Assembly: GCA_964016885.1 (NCBI GenBank)
Contig: OZ024743.1
Location: forward strand, 32,302,001-32,366,000
Origin: Eledone cirrhosa
Taxonomy: Eukaryota
DNA: 64,000 nt
Reading direction: 5' to 3'
Of the stretch, positions 52,731 through 64,000 are shown one piece after another. Numbering within the stretch: position 1 is the stretch's first letter; each line of letters begins with the position of its first letter. The notes under the pieces were generated by a model. The model saw only the letters and a list, made by a program, of their open reading frames with translations, had not been told where the DNA came from and did no database searches. The translations under genes were made by a program, and so were the position numbers.

Positions 52731-52937
52731 TTAGCCCTTTAGCATTTATATTACTCTATTTACACTATTGTGTTTTTGTGGTAACGGTTTTATCTTACAT
52801 AATATGAGATTTTGAGGACATTTATTTTGAAAACAATACCTTAACATCAGTATGAGTGGCCAGTAGTGGCTGGTTTGAACAGATAGCGGTGAGGGAATTC
52901 TGGTCGGATATGGCTGATTGAAATGCTAAAGGGTTAA
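52731..52937 (+). mobile_element. piggyBac-like MITE, family A
   Basis: CCCTTTAGCATTT...AAATGCTAAAGGG-TTAA. Confidence 0.8.
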
Positions 52938-52948
52938 AGTCAGAATCT

Positions 52949-53151
52949 TACAAGGTTATTCTGAAATGTTCATAGACTAACCAAGATACTCTCATTGAAT
53001 GACCAAATGAGGTTTATTTTTCAACATAGTCCATAGAAAAAACAATGCAGTTATTAAGAACAGTTGAAATTAATGCATGCAAGATTAATGCATGCACAGT
53101 ACTAGCATCACTCCTTTATAGTCAGTCTGAAATTTTTAACTGACCCTTGTA
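52949..53151. mobile_element. mariner-derived MITE
   Basis: TA-CAAGGTTATTCTGAAATGTTCATAGACT ... AGTCTGAAATTTTTAACTGACCCTTG-TA. Confidence 0.6.
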
Positions 53152-53411
53152 AATCCACACATAACTTTAAAATGTTCATTACATTTGTTATGTCTCATTA
53201 TATCTGGTAATATGTGAAGGCAGTGAATTAGTAGAAGGGGTAGTATATTGGAAAAAATGATTTGCAGCACTTAGTTATGGCCCTTTACATTCCGAGTTCG
53301 AAACCTGCCATTTTCCCTTCACCCAAATTGTGCTAAAATGAATCATTCTTTTAGTGGTTTCAGTCATTTGACTGTGACCCTGCTGGAGCATCACCTTTGA
53401 AAGTTTTAATC

Positions 53412-53620
53412 AATTATGATTTCTACTACAGGCACAAGGCCAGCAATTTAGGGGGAGGGGAAGTCGATTAAATCGACCCCAGTGCATTAGTGGTACTTTA
53501 TTTTATCAATCCCGCAAGGACGAAAGGCAAAACTAACCTTGGCAGGGTGTAAAGTGCCATAACTCTATGTTGCAAAGTATGGTGTCTGATACTCTACCAA
53601 TACTGCCAATCCACAGCCCT
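53412..53620 (-). mobile_element. Nin/Deu-domain-like SINE
   Basis: Reverse copy of the family consensus. Confidence 0.8.
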
Positions 53621-54629
53621 ATTTAATCAACTATAATGACCTCAATACATAGTCTGATACTTTTAAATTCATCTCTTTATGGAATGGCTAAATTCACCCG
53701 AGTTACATTCCTTTCACCATTTCATTACCATGTTTCTAATAAAAAAAATACTGCCCATGAGTAACAAATAATTTTTTAAATAATAAAGTAATTGGTACGA
53801 TTTACTAAAAAAATAACTTTCTTATTATTAAGCTATTTGGAACATAAATTTCTTTGCATTTCTTTTACAGATCTTGTGTATTTTAATCTGTCTCATTCTT
53901 TACAACACTTTCATGCACTTGTTGCATGTTATATTTCTCTTAGTTTGTGCTCTGTTTGGAATAAAAAAATTTACCCTTTTTGCTAATTATCACTTTTTCA
54001 GAAATACTTAAAAATTTTCAATATTTTAGAGTGTTCCTTTCTTATTCATAGAAGTGAACCAAATTGGAGGTTAGAATAATGAAAAGTATGTGATTACTAA
54101 TGACACCTAATGACATTCACTTTCAATTACTAGCATTTATCAATATCACTAATTTAAAAACATTGCTGAATATCCTTTAAATATTCTACACTGTCATCAA
54201 TAATATCATCTGAAATAGAAGAATGTTTGATTAATAATGAATGCAAAACCTGAGAGGATGTTTAAATATCATCTCATAAATATCTACACTTTAGTCAAAA
54301 TAATAGACCTCCATCGTTTTCAACAATGAGTATTCCAGTTCTTTGAACAGCCTGCTCATGAAATTAATGTGTAAGTGGCTGAGCATACCACAGGCACATG
54401 TACCCTTAATGAAAATCTCAAGGAAATTCTGCATGGCACAGTGTGTTCCAAGGCTTACACTTTGAGGTAATGGTGCTGTCCATCTGTCAATCTATCCAGT
54501 TTCACTCACAAGGCATAGGTAATAGCATCCTGAGGTTATGGCAAATGGCACTTTCCCAAGATGCCATGCAGCATGATCAAATCTAAAACAATGACTGTGA
54601 AGGGAATTTATTAGATATAATAAATGTTA

Positions 54630-54991
54630 TTAACCTGTTGACTGCCACACATATTTTACACAGCTACAGTTGCTGTGCCAAGTTTTTTTCAGTAAAATGA
54701 CTATTTTTTTTAAACAAACATTTATTAGCAACACATATCTGAATGATTGACAAACGTCATATCAATAAACTAGTAACCCCATCTAGCTTTGAAGTTATGA
54801 ACTGTTAGAAACAAGTTCACATATGTTACGAGTTATCTCATCCATGGCACTGGAATCCATACATGTTAGGATGAGTTATCTCATCCATGGCACTGGAATC
54901 CATACATGTTAGGATGAGTTATTCCATCCGTCGCACTGGAATGCAAACATGTTAGGATGAGTTATCTCATCTACAGCACTGAAGAGGTTAA
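54630..54991. mobile_element. TTAA-flanked element with 43-bp subterminal tandem repeats
   Basis: TTAA-CCTGTT...GAAGAGG-TTAA; 3-4 copies of CATGTTAGGATGAGTTATCTCATCCATGGCACTGGAATCCATA at ~54822-54975. Confidence 0.6.
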
Positions 54992-56274
54992 TACTATCAT
55001 CATCATCAAAACTAACCATATCCTCATTATCACCATTATTTTAAAGTTTATTTTTCTATACGTTGCATGGGTCAGTTGCATAGTATATGGCCACTCATCA
55101 CAATTCTTTGTCATTTCATTCATGAATCCCACCAACACCATGATCTTATCAAATGTTTACATATGCTCTTCAATATTCCTTTGTTACATCATCCATATTC
55201 ATCACATGACCTGACTAGAGCAGTCATTTCTCCTCTATACCATTGGCTGATGTCTAATGCATATCCAGCCCTCAGTTCATTTGTAAGTTATCATTGCTTT
55301 TCTAATGTATAAAATTTAATCTTTAGTCTCTGTGGTTCTTCTAAATTTAGCATGCATGTCTCACTATAGAATCTGATTTTCACATGGAGAGAAAACTGCT
55401 TTGATTTCAGAGAGATAATAGTTCTCTGAACTTCCCTTGTCCCTTCTTACACTAGGTGTTATATTATCACTATAACCAACTCTAACATTGATTATATAAA
55501 CTTAGGTAAATAGAAGTGAAATATCTATCTGCTAATTAGACACCCTGCTTTAACCCATTTGATACCAACCTACTTCAAACCATTCCTGTTTTATGATACA
55601 AGACTACTCATTTTAAAGCGTTCATATCTAAATTAATAGTTTCTATTGTAATGTTAAGTCAAAACCTTTTGTCATATTCCAAACATCGAACTTAATAATA
55701 GAAATGTTAAGCAATATTACTAAATTCCTCCAAATTAATGATTATTTAAAAAAATAATTGAAATACACTATGTATTAGAAATATGGTAACAAAGGGTTAA
55801 AGTAATCTGGCAGAAGTATTAGCTATCTTTGCACAATTTACTTTGATTCTCCATGTTCAGAATTCAAATCTTAACAGTGGCAACTTTGCATTTTATCACG
55901 TTAAGGTTGACAAAAATACCAGTAATACACTAAGGTTGATTTAATAGAATCTTTTCCTTTTTGTGACATGTCCACAATTATTTAATATTATCATCATTTT
56001 ACATCCACTTTTAGTGTTGGCATGAGTTAGATGGGTTGTCATGGTCCAAGCCTAGAATGTGCTTGAAAACCACATTTTGTTCATATATTGAAATGCCCTT
56101 CATAAATTTAACCACTTTATAGTGTACTTGATGTGCTTTATTGTGGCAACAGCCTTACCACTTTATAAAGTGTATTGAGGGCAGCACTAGAGAGGTTGTC
56201 ATGTACGTAACAAAACTGAAGAGTCCTCTCTAAATGATATTGATTCTTTTAGATTACCAACCACTTTACATACA

Positions 56275-56520
56275 TCATTATCATCCTCTTTTAATGTCTA
56301 TTTTCCATGCTAGCATGGGTAGGATGGGCTGTCCTTTTGTGAGAGATCAGCTCGGAGGACCATGTTTCACTCACACAGAAGTGATTTGGGCTTGGTTTCT
56401 ACAGCTGGATGCCCTTCCTAATGCCAACCATATTTACAGTGTGTGCTGGATGCTTTTTGTCATGACACCTACGCAACCACTTTAGAGTGTAGGCTGGGCT
56501 CTTTTGTCGTGGCTTTAGTG
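56275..56520 (-). mobile_element. Older RTE 3' UTR / SINE tail
   Basis: TTCCATGCTAGCATGGG...TTTCTACAGCTGGATGCCCTTCCTAATGCCAACC; similar copy at ~26405-26620. Confidence 0.7.
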
Positions 56521-58189
56521 GGTTGGGAACTTGGGTATGGGGGGAGAAGATGCTTGGGGAATTGGAGACATATGTGTAGGGGTGGGATGATTACAGCGAT
56601 GGAGGTGTATGGGAGTGGAGATGGTATTGATATATAAAATTGGTGAAAGTTTCTCAAACTAAGGAAATATGAACTTGATGTGAACAACATGTAATTGGCT
56701 ACTTTACACCAATTATCACATGCAATCTGCAACCAAAACTAGAATGTAAGCCCAAAAGCAAGAGAGGTTGAGATATTTGGAGAATTGAAGTGACCAGCAA
56801 AGTAATTGGTTGATTTTTCTCCAACATATTTTGATATAAGAACCATTTAAGTTATGTTGTAAATACCACCTGAATAATGAAATAAGTAAATCCCTCTGAA
56901 TTTTTTAATTAATTAATTAAAATACGATCTATTTCATTAGAAATTTGATCAGAAATAGGCTAATCACTCATCAGCTTTAGACTAACAATGCTTTCAGTAG
57001 TAGCAAGCTTTTCCTTCCTGACATGTAATACCAATGTTCAACTAGATAAATTGAGTCACTGTTTGATAGCCATGAACAGGACATAAACCTCTACCTACTT
57101 GTATGTGTTTCTGGCATCTTATCAAGTCAGTTATCCTTGCTCATTATAAATAAAATCATTGTCTGGATTATACATAAGTTATTCTTCATGGTCGCTAAGA
57201 AAAACCACAAATCTTATATAATGTTGGAATTTTTTTTTTTTTTCAATAAAATTTCTTATCTAATGTTCTATTAAAATGTCTTTGTATTACTTTTAGAATT
57301 GCAGTTTGATTTGCTAAGCTTTACATACATATTCTAATATTCTTCAATAATAGTCTCTCTCTCTCCCTCTCTTCCACACACAAACTGCCAAATTGCATAA
57401 TTCAAACAATTAATCTGGCATAAATCATAAGCTAAAAGTTGTCAAAAATCAGTTTGCTCACTTTGAGTGTAATGTGTGAAAAGCTATTCCAAAATACCTA
57501 AGGCCTGTAATAAAAACTCAAAGCAGTATAAACAGAGCTTTAAATAGATGCCAGCTAATTTCAGTGATCTCCACTCATGCAGCATACTTATATTATAACA
57601 GCTCTTCTTATTCCTTTTATCTTTTTCCTCTGGCTTCCCATGTATAATTTTTAACTTTCTTGTCTTCTCTCAGTCTAGTTCTGTTATTTTGCACTCGATG
57701 ATTTATGGACAGAGAAATCGCTGGAATGCACACATTAGACAATAGCCTTATTTAAATGCAATCTGGCTTAGTTAGTAAATTCTTCACCAAAAATAACTAC
57801 TGCTTTCTTCTTATCTCTAATTTCTGTTAGTAATTGTCTAAAAATAACAAACGTATTCCTTTGCATGCAATATTTTTTTGTTGATAATGTTCATAGATAT
57901 ATTTTAAAACAATCTTATTCAGTCCATAGCTTGCAGACAAAGGAGCTTTCTATTTAGAAGTCAATATTAGGGAAAAGCTGAAATTTGTACCATTATTCTA
58001 TATAACTGGACATGCATATAGAAGTAGAATATTCTATAATTTAATAATATAGGAAAGAATTCTGCTACTGTTTTTGCTCAGGTGTCCACATGAAATAGAC
58101 AGACAGTGGTTTAACAGGAAGTTTTATTCTAACCTGAAAGGGTAATAGACTAATATAACACACAGGTCAATTACTATTATATGTTGTTG

Positions 58190-58372
58190 TGGATTGGCAG
58201 TATCGGTAGAGGGTCGGACGCCATGCTTTCCAGCATAGTTACGTCCCTTTACGATCTAAGTTCAAATCCCGCCGAGGTTGACTTTGCCTTTCATCCTTAC
58301 GGGGTCGATAAAATAAAGTACCAGTAATGCACTGAGTAATTGCTGGCCTTGTGCCTAAAGTAAAAACAGTTA
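58190..58372 (+). mobile_element. Nin/Deu-domain-like SINE (short subfamily)
   Basis: Nearly identical to 47792-47970. Confidence 0.85.
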
Positions 58373-58841
58373 TTTATTACCTGAGGTCAATTACTATTAT
58401 GTGTCGTTATTTATTTCCTATTTCATATTGCATTTTGTGAACAACAGCATTGTTGATTGCAAGTTTCCAATGAGTCAATTACTGGTTCACAGCAGTTACA
58501 ATATTGTGGGTGATAAGGGATTATCTGTGGTATTTAGACAGAACAAACATGAGTGGATTTTCGTTTTTTTTAGATCAATGGTTTCTTGGCTTTCTTGCCA
58601 ATGTTTACATCTTTCACTGATATATATGGTCAAAAGATCTATGCTTATATACAGACAAGACATATGCAATGACCTTTTTCACGGGTTCAATCTATTGGAT
58701 TTATCTCATATTGCATTGGTCAACTGAAAGCTATTGTACAATACACTTCCTCAAAAGTTCCTTGCATATGAATGAAACCTGAAATCATATAGGTGTGAAG
58801 CAAACTTCTTAAGTACACATCTTTATTTGTGTAAAACATTA

Positions 58842-59763
58842 TCTATAAAAGGCAGAGTGCTGTTGTTGTGTGTGTGTGCATGTTCCATGTTTATACATTT
58901 GCACAATTTCAAACTGATTCGACTCAACGTCTGTAAGAATGTTGTAAATGGTCTAACTTAGGTCAACGACTATTTATTTCATTTAAACTCACCAACAATT
59001 ACAGAAATAATCATTAAAACTAAATACATGACACTTTACCCCTCTAATAGAATCTGATACCTCTCTCTACTCCCCTTAAAATTCGATAAAACTACATATA
59101 TGCTGCAACTTTCTCTGATATACGATTAAACTTACAAACTTTAAGAGAGCGAGAGAGAGAGAGAGAGAGAGAGAACGTTTGTTTTTGAGTGTGGAACGGT
59201 CAAACATTTATTTACTTTAATGACAAAGAGAACTTATTACATTTCATACGAAACAACAATTATTCAAAAGCAACAGATAAATTTATTCAACAACAAAAAA
59301 AATAGCGATAAATCTTTTTTAAAACATCTATCAACGAACGTGGAAGAAAGATGTATCAGTACTATACACAATAATATCCTCTATGAGGTCACTAAACCTG
59401 CTAGAAACAGCAGCTAACTCTCCCCCATATGACACCCCTCCCTACTGTCTTAAATTTAGAAAACACACATTAGACAACCATGCAGAACAACTCCATCGCA
59501 GCTCTGTTGTTCGGCTGGCATTGTCTACGCGCATGTTGCGCAAGTACTGTGAAACAATAAATTTCAACACTTCTTTGCACAGAGATAATATCCATAGGCG
59601 AAACTACAATTGTCACTGCTGACGCAGCTCCTGCTTCGGCAGTCCAGGTCTGCAATTCATTCACCCAGTTCCTGGCAGACAAAAAAGTGCTGCCATAAAA
59701 TGGGTGGTGCAACCTAACTTTGGTAACTTACTGACCCCGAGCAATGCCGGGCTTTAATGCTAG
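58842..59763 (+). mobile_element. Non-autonomous Helitron
   Basis: A|TCTATAAAAGGC 5' end; 3' hairpin CCCGAGCAATGCCGGG (59736-59751), then 8 nt, then CTAG|T; no TSD. Confidence 0.7.
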
Positions 59764-60103
59764 TGCATTCTATAAATACATAAATCTCTCAGATTTTATC
59801 AGATCTTCTCAAGCTTTATATAGCCCTGTTAACGGTTATGTCAGTTAACAGATTTATTCTTTAAAAAACTGAATACTGGCAAACCAACAAAGCTGGCATT
59901 ATGTCATCAATTGACCCACTAAAAATAGCAAATAAATCTCCATTAAATCACACGCTACTGCCTGGAAAAAAGAAGGAAGTGTGTATTAGATAATATAAAT
60001 CTAGATACAGTGGACCAGAGAAAAGACAGGCTAATTATGGCTGAAATGTTCTTTGATGATAGGTCTATTTGATCAGGGCTGACATGTGGATGTTATATAA
60101 CAA

Positions 60104-60296
60104 GGGTGGTAGTTTGGAATTTTCGTAGAGGGTCGGATGCCATGCTTTGCAGCATTGAGTTATGCCCCTTTATGGTCCGAGTTCAAATCCCACCGACGTT
60201 ATCTTTGCCTTTCATCCTTACGGTGTCGATAAAATAAAGCACCAATAATACACTGGGGTAATTGCTGGCCTTGTGCCAAAAATAGAAACAATTATA
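60104..60296 (+). mobile_element. Nin/Deu-domain-like SINE
   Basis: Matches the family consensus. Confidence 0.8.
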
Positions 60297-61569
60297 TAAC
60301 AACAATAACAATGACACTGATCTTTGGAAACAAAGGAATGATAATCTAAAACACTGACCATTAATTCCAAAACCCTGACAATTAAGAAACATCTGGAGAA
60401 ATGTCACGTCCAAAACTTCATGGTCATTATTACATCAGTTTCAATGATACTGCTTTCTTCCTTATTAAGCAATAAAAGATGTTTTTTAGGGTACTAATTT
60501 CAAATACTTAGATCCAATCTCATGGCACTAAGTAGAGATGAGAATTAAATCTTCCTCTACATAATGCAATGGTCTTCTGCAGGTTGTTGTTATTGTTTAG
60601 CCCAAGTCAGCTTTAAGCAGATCTATGATCAACGACATTCCAGCCATAACCACTCTATCTTTTAGTATTTTGAGGACTACATTGTACATTGTGTTCTCTT
60701 TTTTTTTTTAAACAATAAGGTCTATTTGCTTCTATCTAGCAAGTCTAACAACCTTGTAGAGTCTCCCTCATTAACTATTCTATTGCAGGTAACACACTTG
60801 GTTGATCTGGTCCCTGGTACCTATTATTGACAGCTAGTCAAACTAAGATAATATGAAATAAAATATTCTATTCTGAGCATTATAAAACACTGTCAGCAGA
60901 CATGAAATCCTGTTCTATGTAAACAAGTAGTCCAACTTGGTCGTCATCATCATAATTTTATATCCATTTTCTATGCTGACTTGAGCAGGATACATATAGC
61001 ATTAGATTATTTATAGCTATATTTGGGGAGGGTCATGTTATAATATTGCCAGAAATATATAATAAAACACACTCACTGTTTGGTTTGGGTTCGTTTTTGT
61101 TTCAGTATATTTTATATTTTTATAATTAATTTAGCTGGCAATCAATGTTTATCATTGATTGACCAACAGTTAAAAATATAGATATAAATATAGTCTCTCA
61201 GAGTTCTTTTATCACACAGCTGTGACATCATCAGTAATACTATTATGTTTCCTCCCATTGTATTGCTGCAATTTATAGCATTAGTATTTCTGGTATTAGT
61301 ATTAGTATGTATAAAACCAACAACTGCAGCTATTCACTAACACTTAATGCAGTGGATTAGCAGAACCAACACAATGTCAGACAAAATGGTGAAGATATTT
61401 ATATTCTAAATTGAAATCTCACTAATGTCAACATTGTCATTCTTCCTTCCATAGTCAAGAAAACAAATTACCAGTCAAATACTAGGGTTAATTTAATTGT
61501 TTAACCCCTTTCCACTAAAAAAAAATGGGTGGCTTAGTGCTTATGCTGGAAATGATTATATAGTAACAG

Positions 61570-61800
61570 ATGTAACACCAGGCATTGACTATCTGATTCC
61601 TTTTAGTGCTGGCTACCATTCATACTGCTGAGGTCCTCAGCTACTGGACTGCTTTTTCTTTCTGCCAAATCAGTGATAAGAGCAGCCACCAGAGAAAGGA
61701 GCCCTGCTACAGGAAATGGCCACTACAGCAGGTATCACTAGCTGTTCTCCATGGCAACACTTTCACCATTTTCTTTTTCTGCAGGATGCAGCTGAAATAT
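61570..61800 (+). pseudogene. CRE-clade non-LTR retrotransposon C-terminal remnant
   Basis: EPCYRKWPLQQVSLAVLHGNTFTI, cf. EPRExxWLxQRxSLAVxRGNA. Confidence 0.5.
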
Positions 61801-62519
61801 ACAATTTTTTGTGTTATTTCTTATTGGTTCTTCAGGATAGCGGTCATAATGTTAGTTAACCAGAGATCCATAAAATCTCAGTATGTCACCAAAATTCTTT
61901 CTTCGTGCTAAAATTAATGTTTTGAACACCAACCAACATTTAACTGGTCGACGAATTCATTTTTATTTATTTTTATAATATTCTGGCTACTAACTTTTTT
62001 TTCTTTAAGATAGAATTGTAAAAAATATACTAAAAAAATATTTAGATTATAAGTTTGGTGTAATATGCTATAAAAATCCTGCCTTCTGCTATGTAATAAT
62101 AGGTTACTGATATATAATTATATTTCTACAGTTGAAGAAAATATTATTTAAAAAAGATTGCAAAATTGCAATTGAAAACTAACATAAAAATAAAAATTTA
62201 AATTTTTTGAAAAGTATTGTAATATTTTTTCAGAAAGGTGATCTAACCTAAGAAAAAAAAAAAGAATTATTTCCCTCTACAATAAAAAAAAAAAAATCAG
62301 AAACTTTTCTTTATGCCCAGTAAAAAGATTTAAAACTAAATATTTAAATATTACTTTTATGATAATCTCAATCTATTTTACTTGCAACTTTTTAGCTGTT
62401 TCTTTTGGGTTAGGGGTGGGTAGTTTTCAAATAATAAACATGCAGAAAGCATCAGTACTACCATACTATAACTATAACTACTACATACTACAATTACTAT
62501 TTGGATGGTATTTGTTCTG

Positions 62520-63625
62520 GTTCTTTATGTTCAGTGTCAAATTCCTGCTGAGGTCAACTTTGCCTTTCATCCCCCAGAGGTTGATAAAATAAAGTACCAG
62601 TCAAGCATTGGGTCAATTTAATCAACTTTCCCTTCACCTCCGAAAAAAAAAAAAAGCATTGCTTCCATTGTGCCAAAATTAGAAACTATATCATTATTAT
62701 TAAGAGGAGGTGAATTGATAGAATAATTACAATACCAGTAGTCAGTTATGGCTTTTAACATTGAGTTAAGATCACACTGAGGTCAGCTTTCACTTTCATT
62801 CTTTTAGGGTCAATGAAACAAAGTACCAGTCACTTACTGGAATCAATGTAATCAGCTTTCTACTACCATAAACTGTTGGATTTATACCCAGTAATGCACT
62901 GGGTAATTGCTGGCCTTGTGCCTAAAGTAGAAACAATTATTGCATAAATGAATAAATAATAAAGAAATTATTATTTATTCATTTATTATTTATTGGTATT
63001 TTATTTTTGTACACCTTGTAAGGTGGGTGGCAACAGAAAGGGCACCCTGCTGGAGAAACTATACCTAAAAGTATTGAGAGGACACCTCAGTTGTGTCAAT
63101 TGCACAACCACCTTTCTAGTGTTGGTGATCTACATGATCAATACATGCTCTAAAGTGGTTGGAGATAGGAAGGGCATCCAGTTATAGAAAGCTTACCAAA
63201 TAAAAGGGTGGGAGGAACCTTCAATTGTATCAAGGACATGAGAACCAACCTAGTGTTGGTAATCTACACAATAAACACACCCAGTACACACTGTAAATTG
63301 GTTGATGATTGGAAAGGCATCCAGTTGTTTGGAAAGGCAACTTGCCAAACAAAGGGCTGGGAGGAACCTCACTAATTCTCATCCCATTAAAGAGATAATG
63401 TAAACAACAATTGCTTTTATTGCCTTTTATTCTCTACTTTAGGCACAAGGCCAGCAATTTGAAGGCAAAGGCAAAGTTGATTAAATCGACCCCAGTGCAT
63501 TTCTGGTGCTTTATTTTATCGACCCCATAAGGATGAAAGGCAAAGCTAACTTTGGTGGGATTTGAACTCAGAATGTAATGCTACAAAGGATAGTGTCTGA
63601 TGCTCTACCGATACTAATAATAATG
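62520..63625. mobile_element. Cluster of SINE copies and RTE-tail fragments
   Basis: Nin-like SINEs at ~62520-62700 (+), 62705-62940 (+) and 63430-63620 (-); RTE-UTR-like AGGAAGGGCATCCAGTT fragments at 63015-63330. Confidence 0.7.
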
Positions 63626-64000
63626 ATACTTAATGAATAAATAAACAAACGCAAGAGTATTTAAAGGATGAATACAAGGAAACATATTTAGCAATTATAA
63701 AATGTAAACACAGTCACATGCTACAGACAACCAATAATGAAATATATAAAAAATTAATTCTTCAGATTTTTGGAAGAAACATTTTTTTCTTCTTGTTTCA
63801 AACCAAGTAGTTAAATAAACTTCAATACATTTTGTCAAGGAATCTACAGAGAGAAAGGGAAGGGGAGACGAAAGTAGAGAGAAAAGGAGTAAGAGAGATG
63901 AATTGGAAAGGAAGGGAGCATCATTTAATGTTGAAAGGAAATAATTGTCGAGTAGCCAGAGAAAAATAACTGCGTTTAAAGTGTAGGTTAAATGTAGATG

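Overview
AT-rich, repeat-saturated eukaryotic (animal) DNA. The SINE/LINE repertoire and long (TA)n/(CA)n runs suggest a cephalopod such as an octopus; this is an inference, not a database result. No host protein-coding gene could be firmly identified, and nearly all ORFs in the supplied track are microsatellite or tandem-repeat artefacts. The one clean long ORF (49571-51328) is the 5'-truncated reverse transcriptase of a young RTE-clade LINE, with a C4HC3 (PHD-like) zinc finger inside the RT. The window also holds decayed Penelope-like, R4/Dong-, Hero-, CRE- and other RTE-clade retroelements, two tRNA-derived SINE groups, mariner/piggyBac/hAT-type DNA elements, a non-autonomous Helitron, a probable solo LTR and a 2.1 kb 48/49-bp tandem array. 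The most notable signal is a set of short non-coding fold-back (palindromic) elements sitting in (TA)n tracts. Each carries a type I hammerhead ribozyme motif with a palindromic stem III, and two have unusually long stem II inserts. Together with the local Penelope fossils, they look like a Penelope-dependent retrozyme-like system. Coordinates of degenerate elements are approximate and were read by eye.
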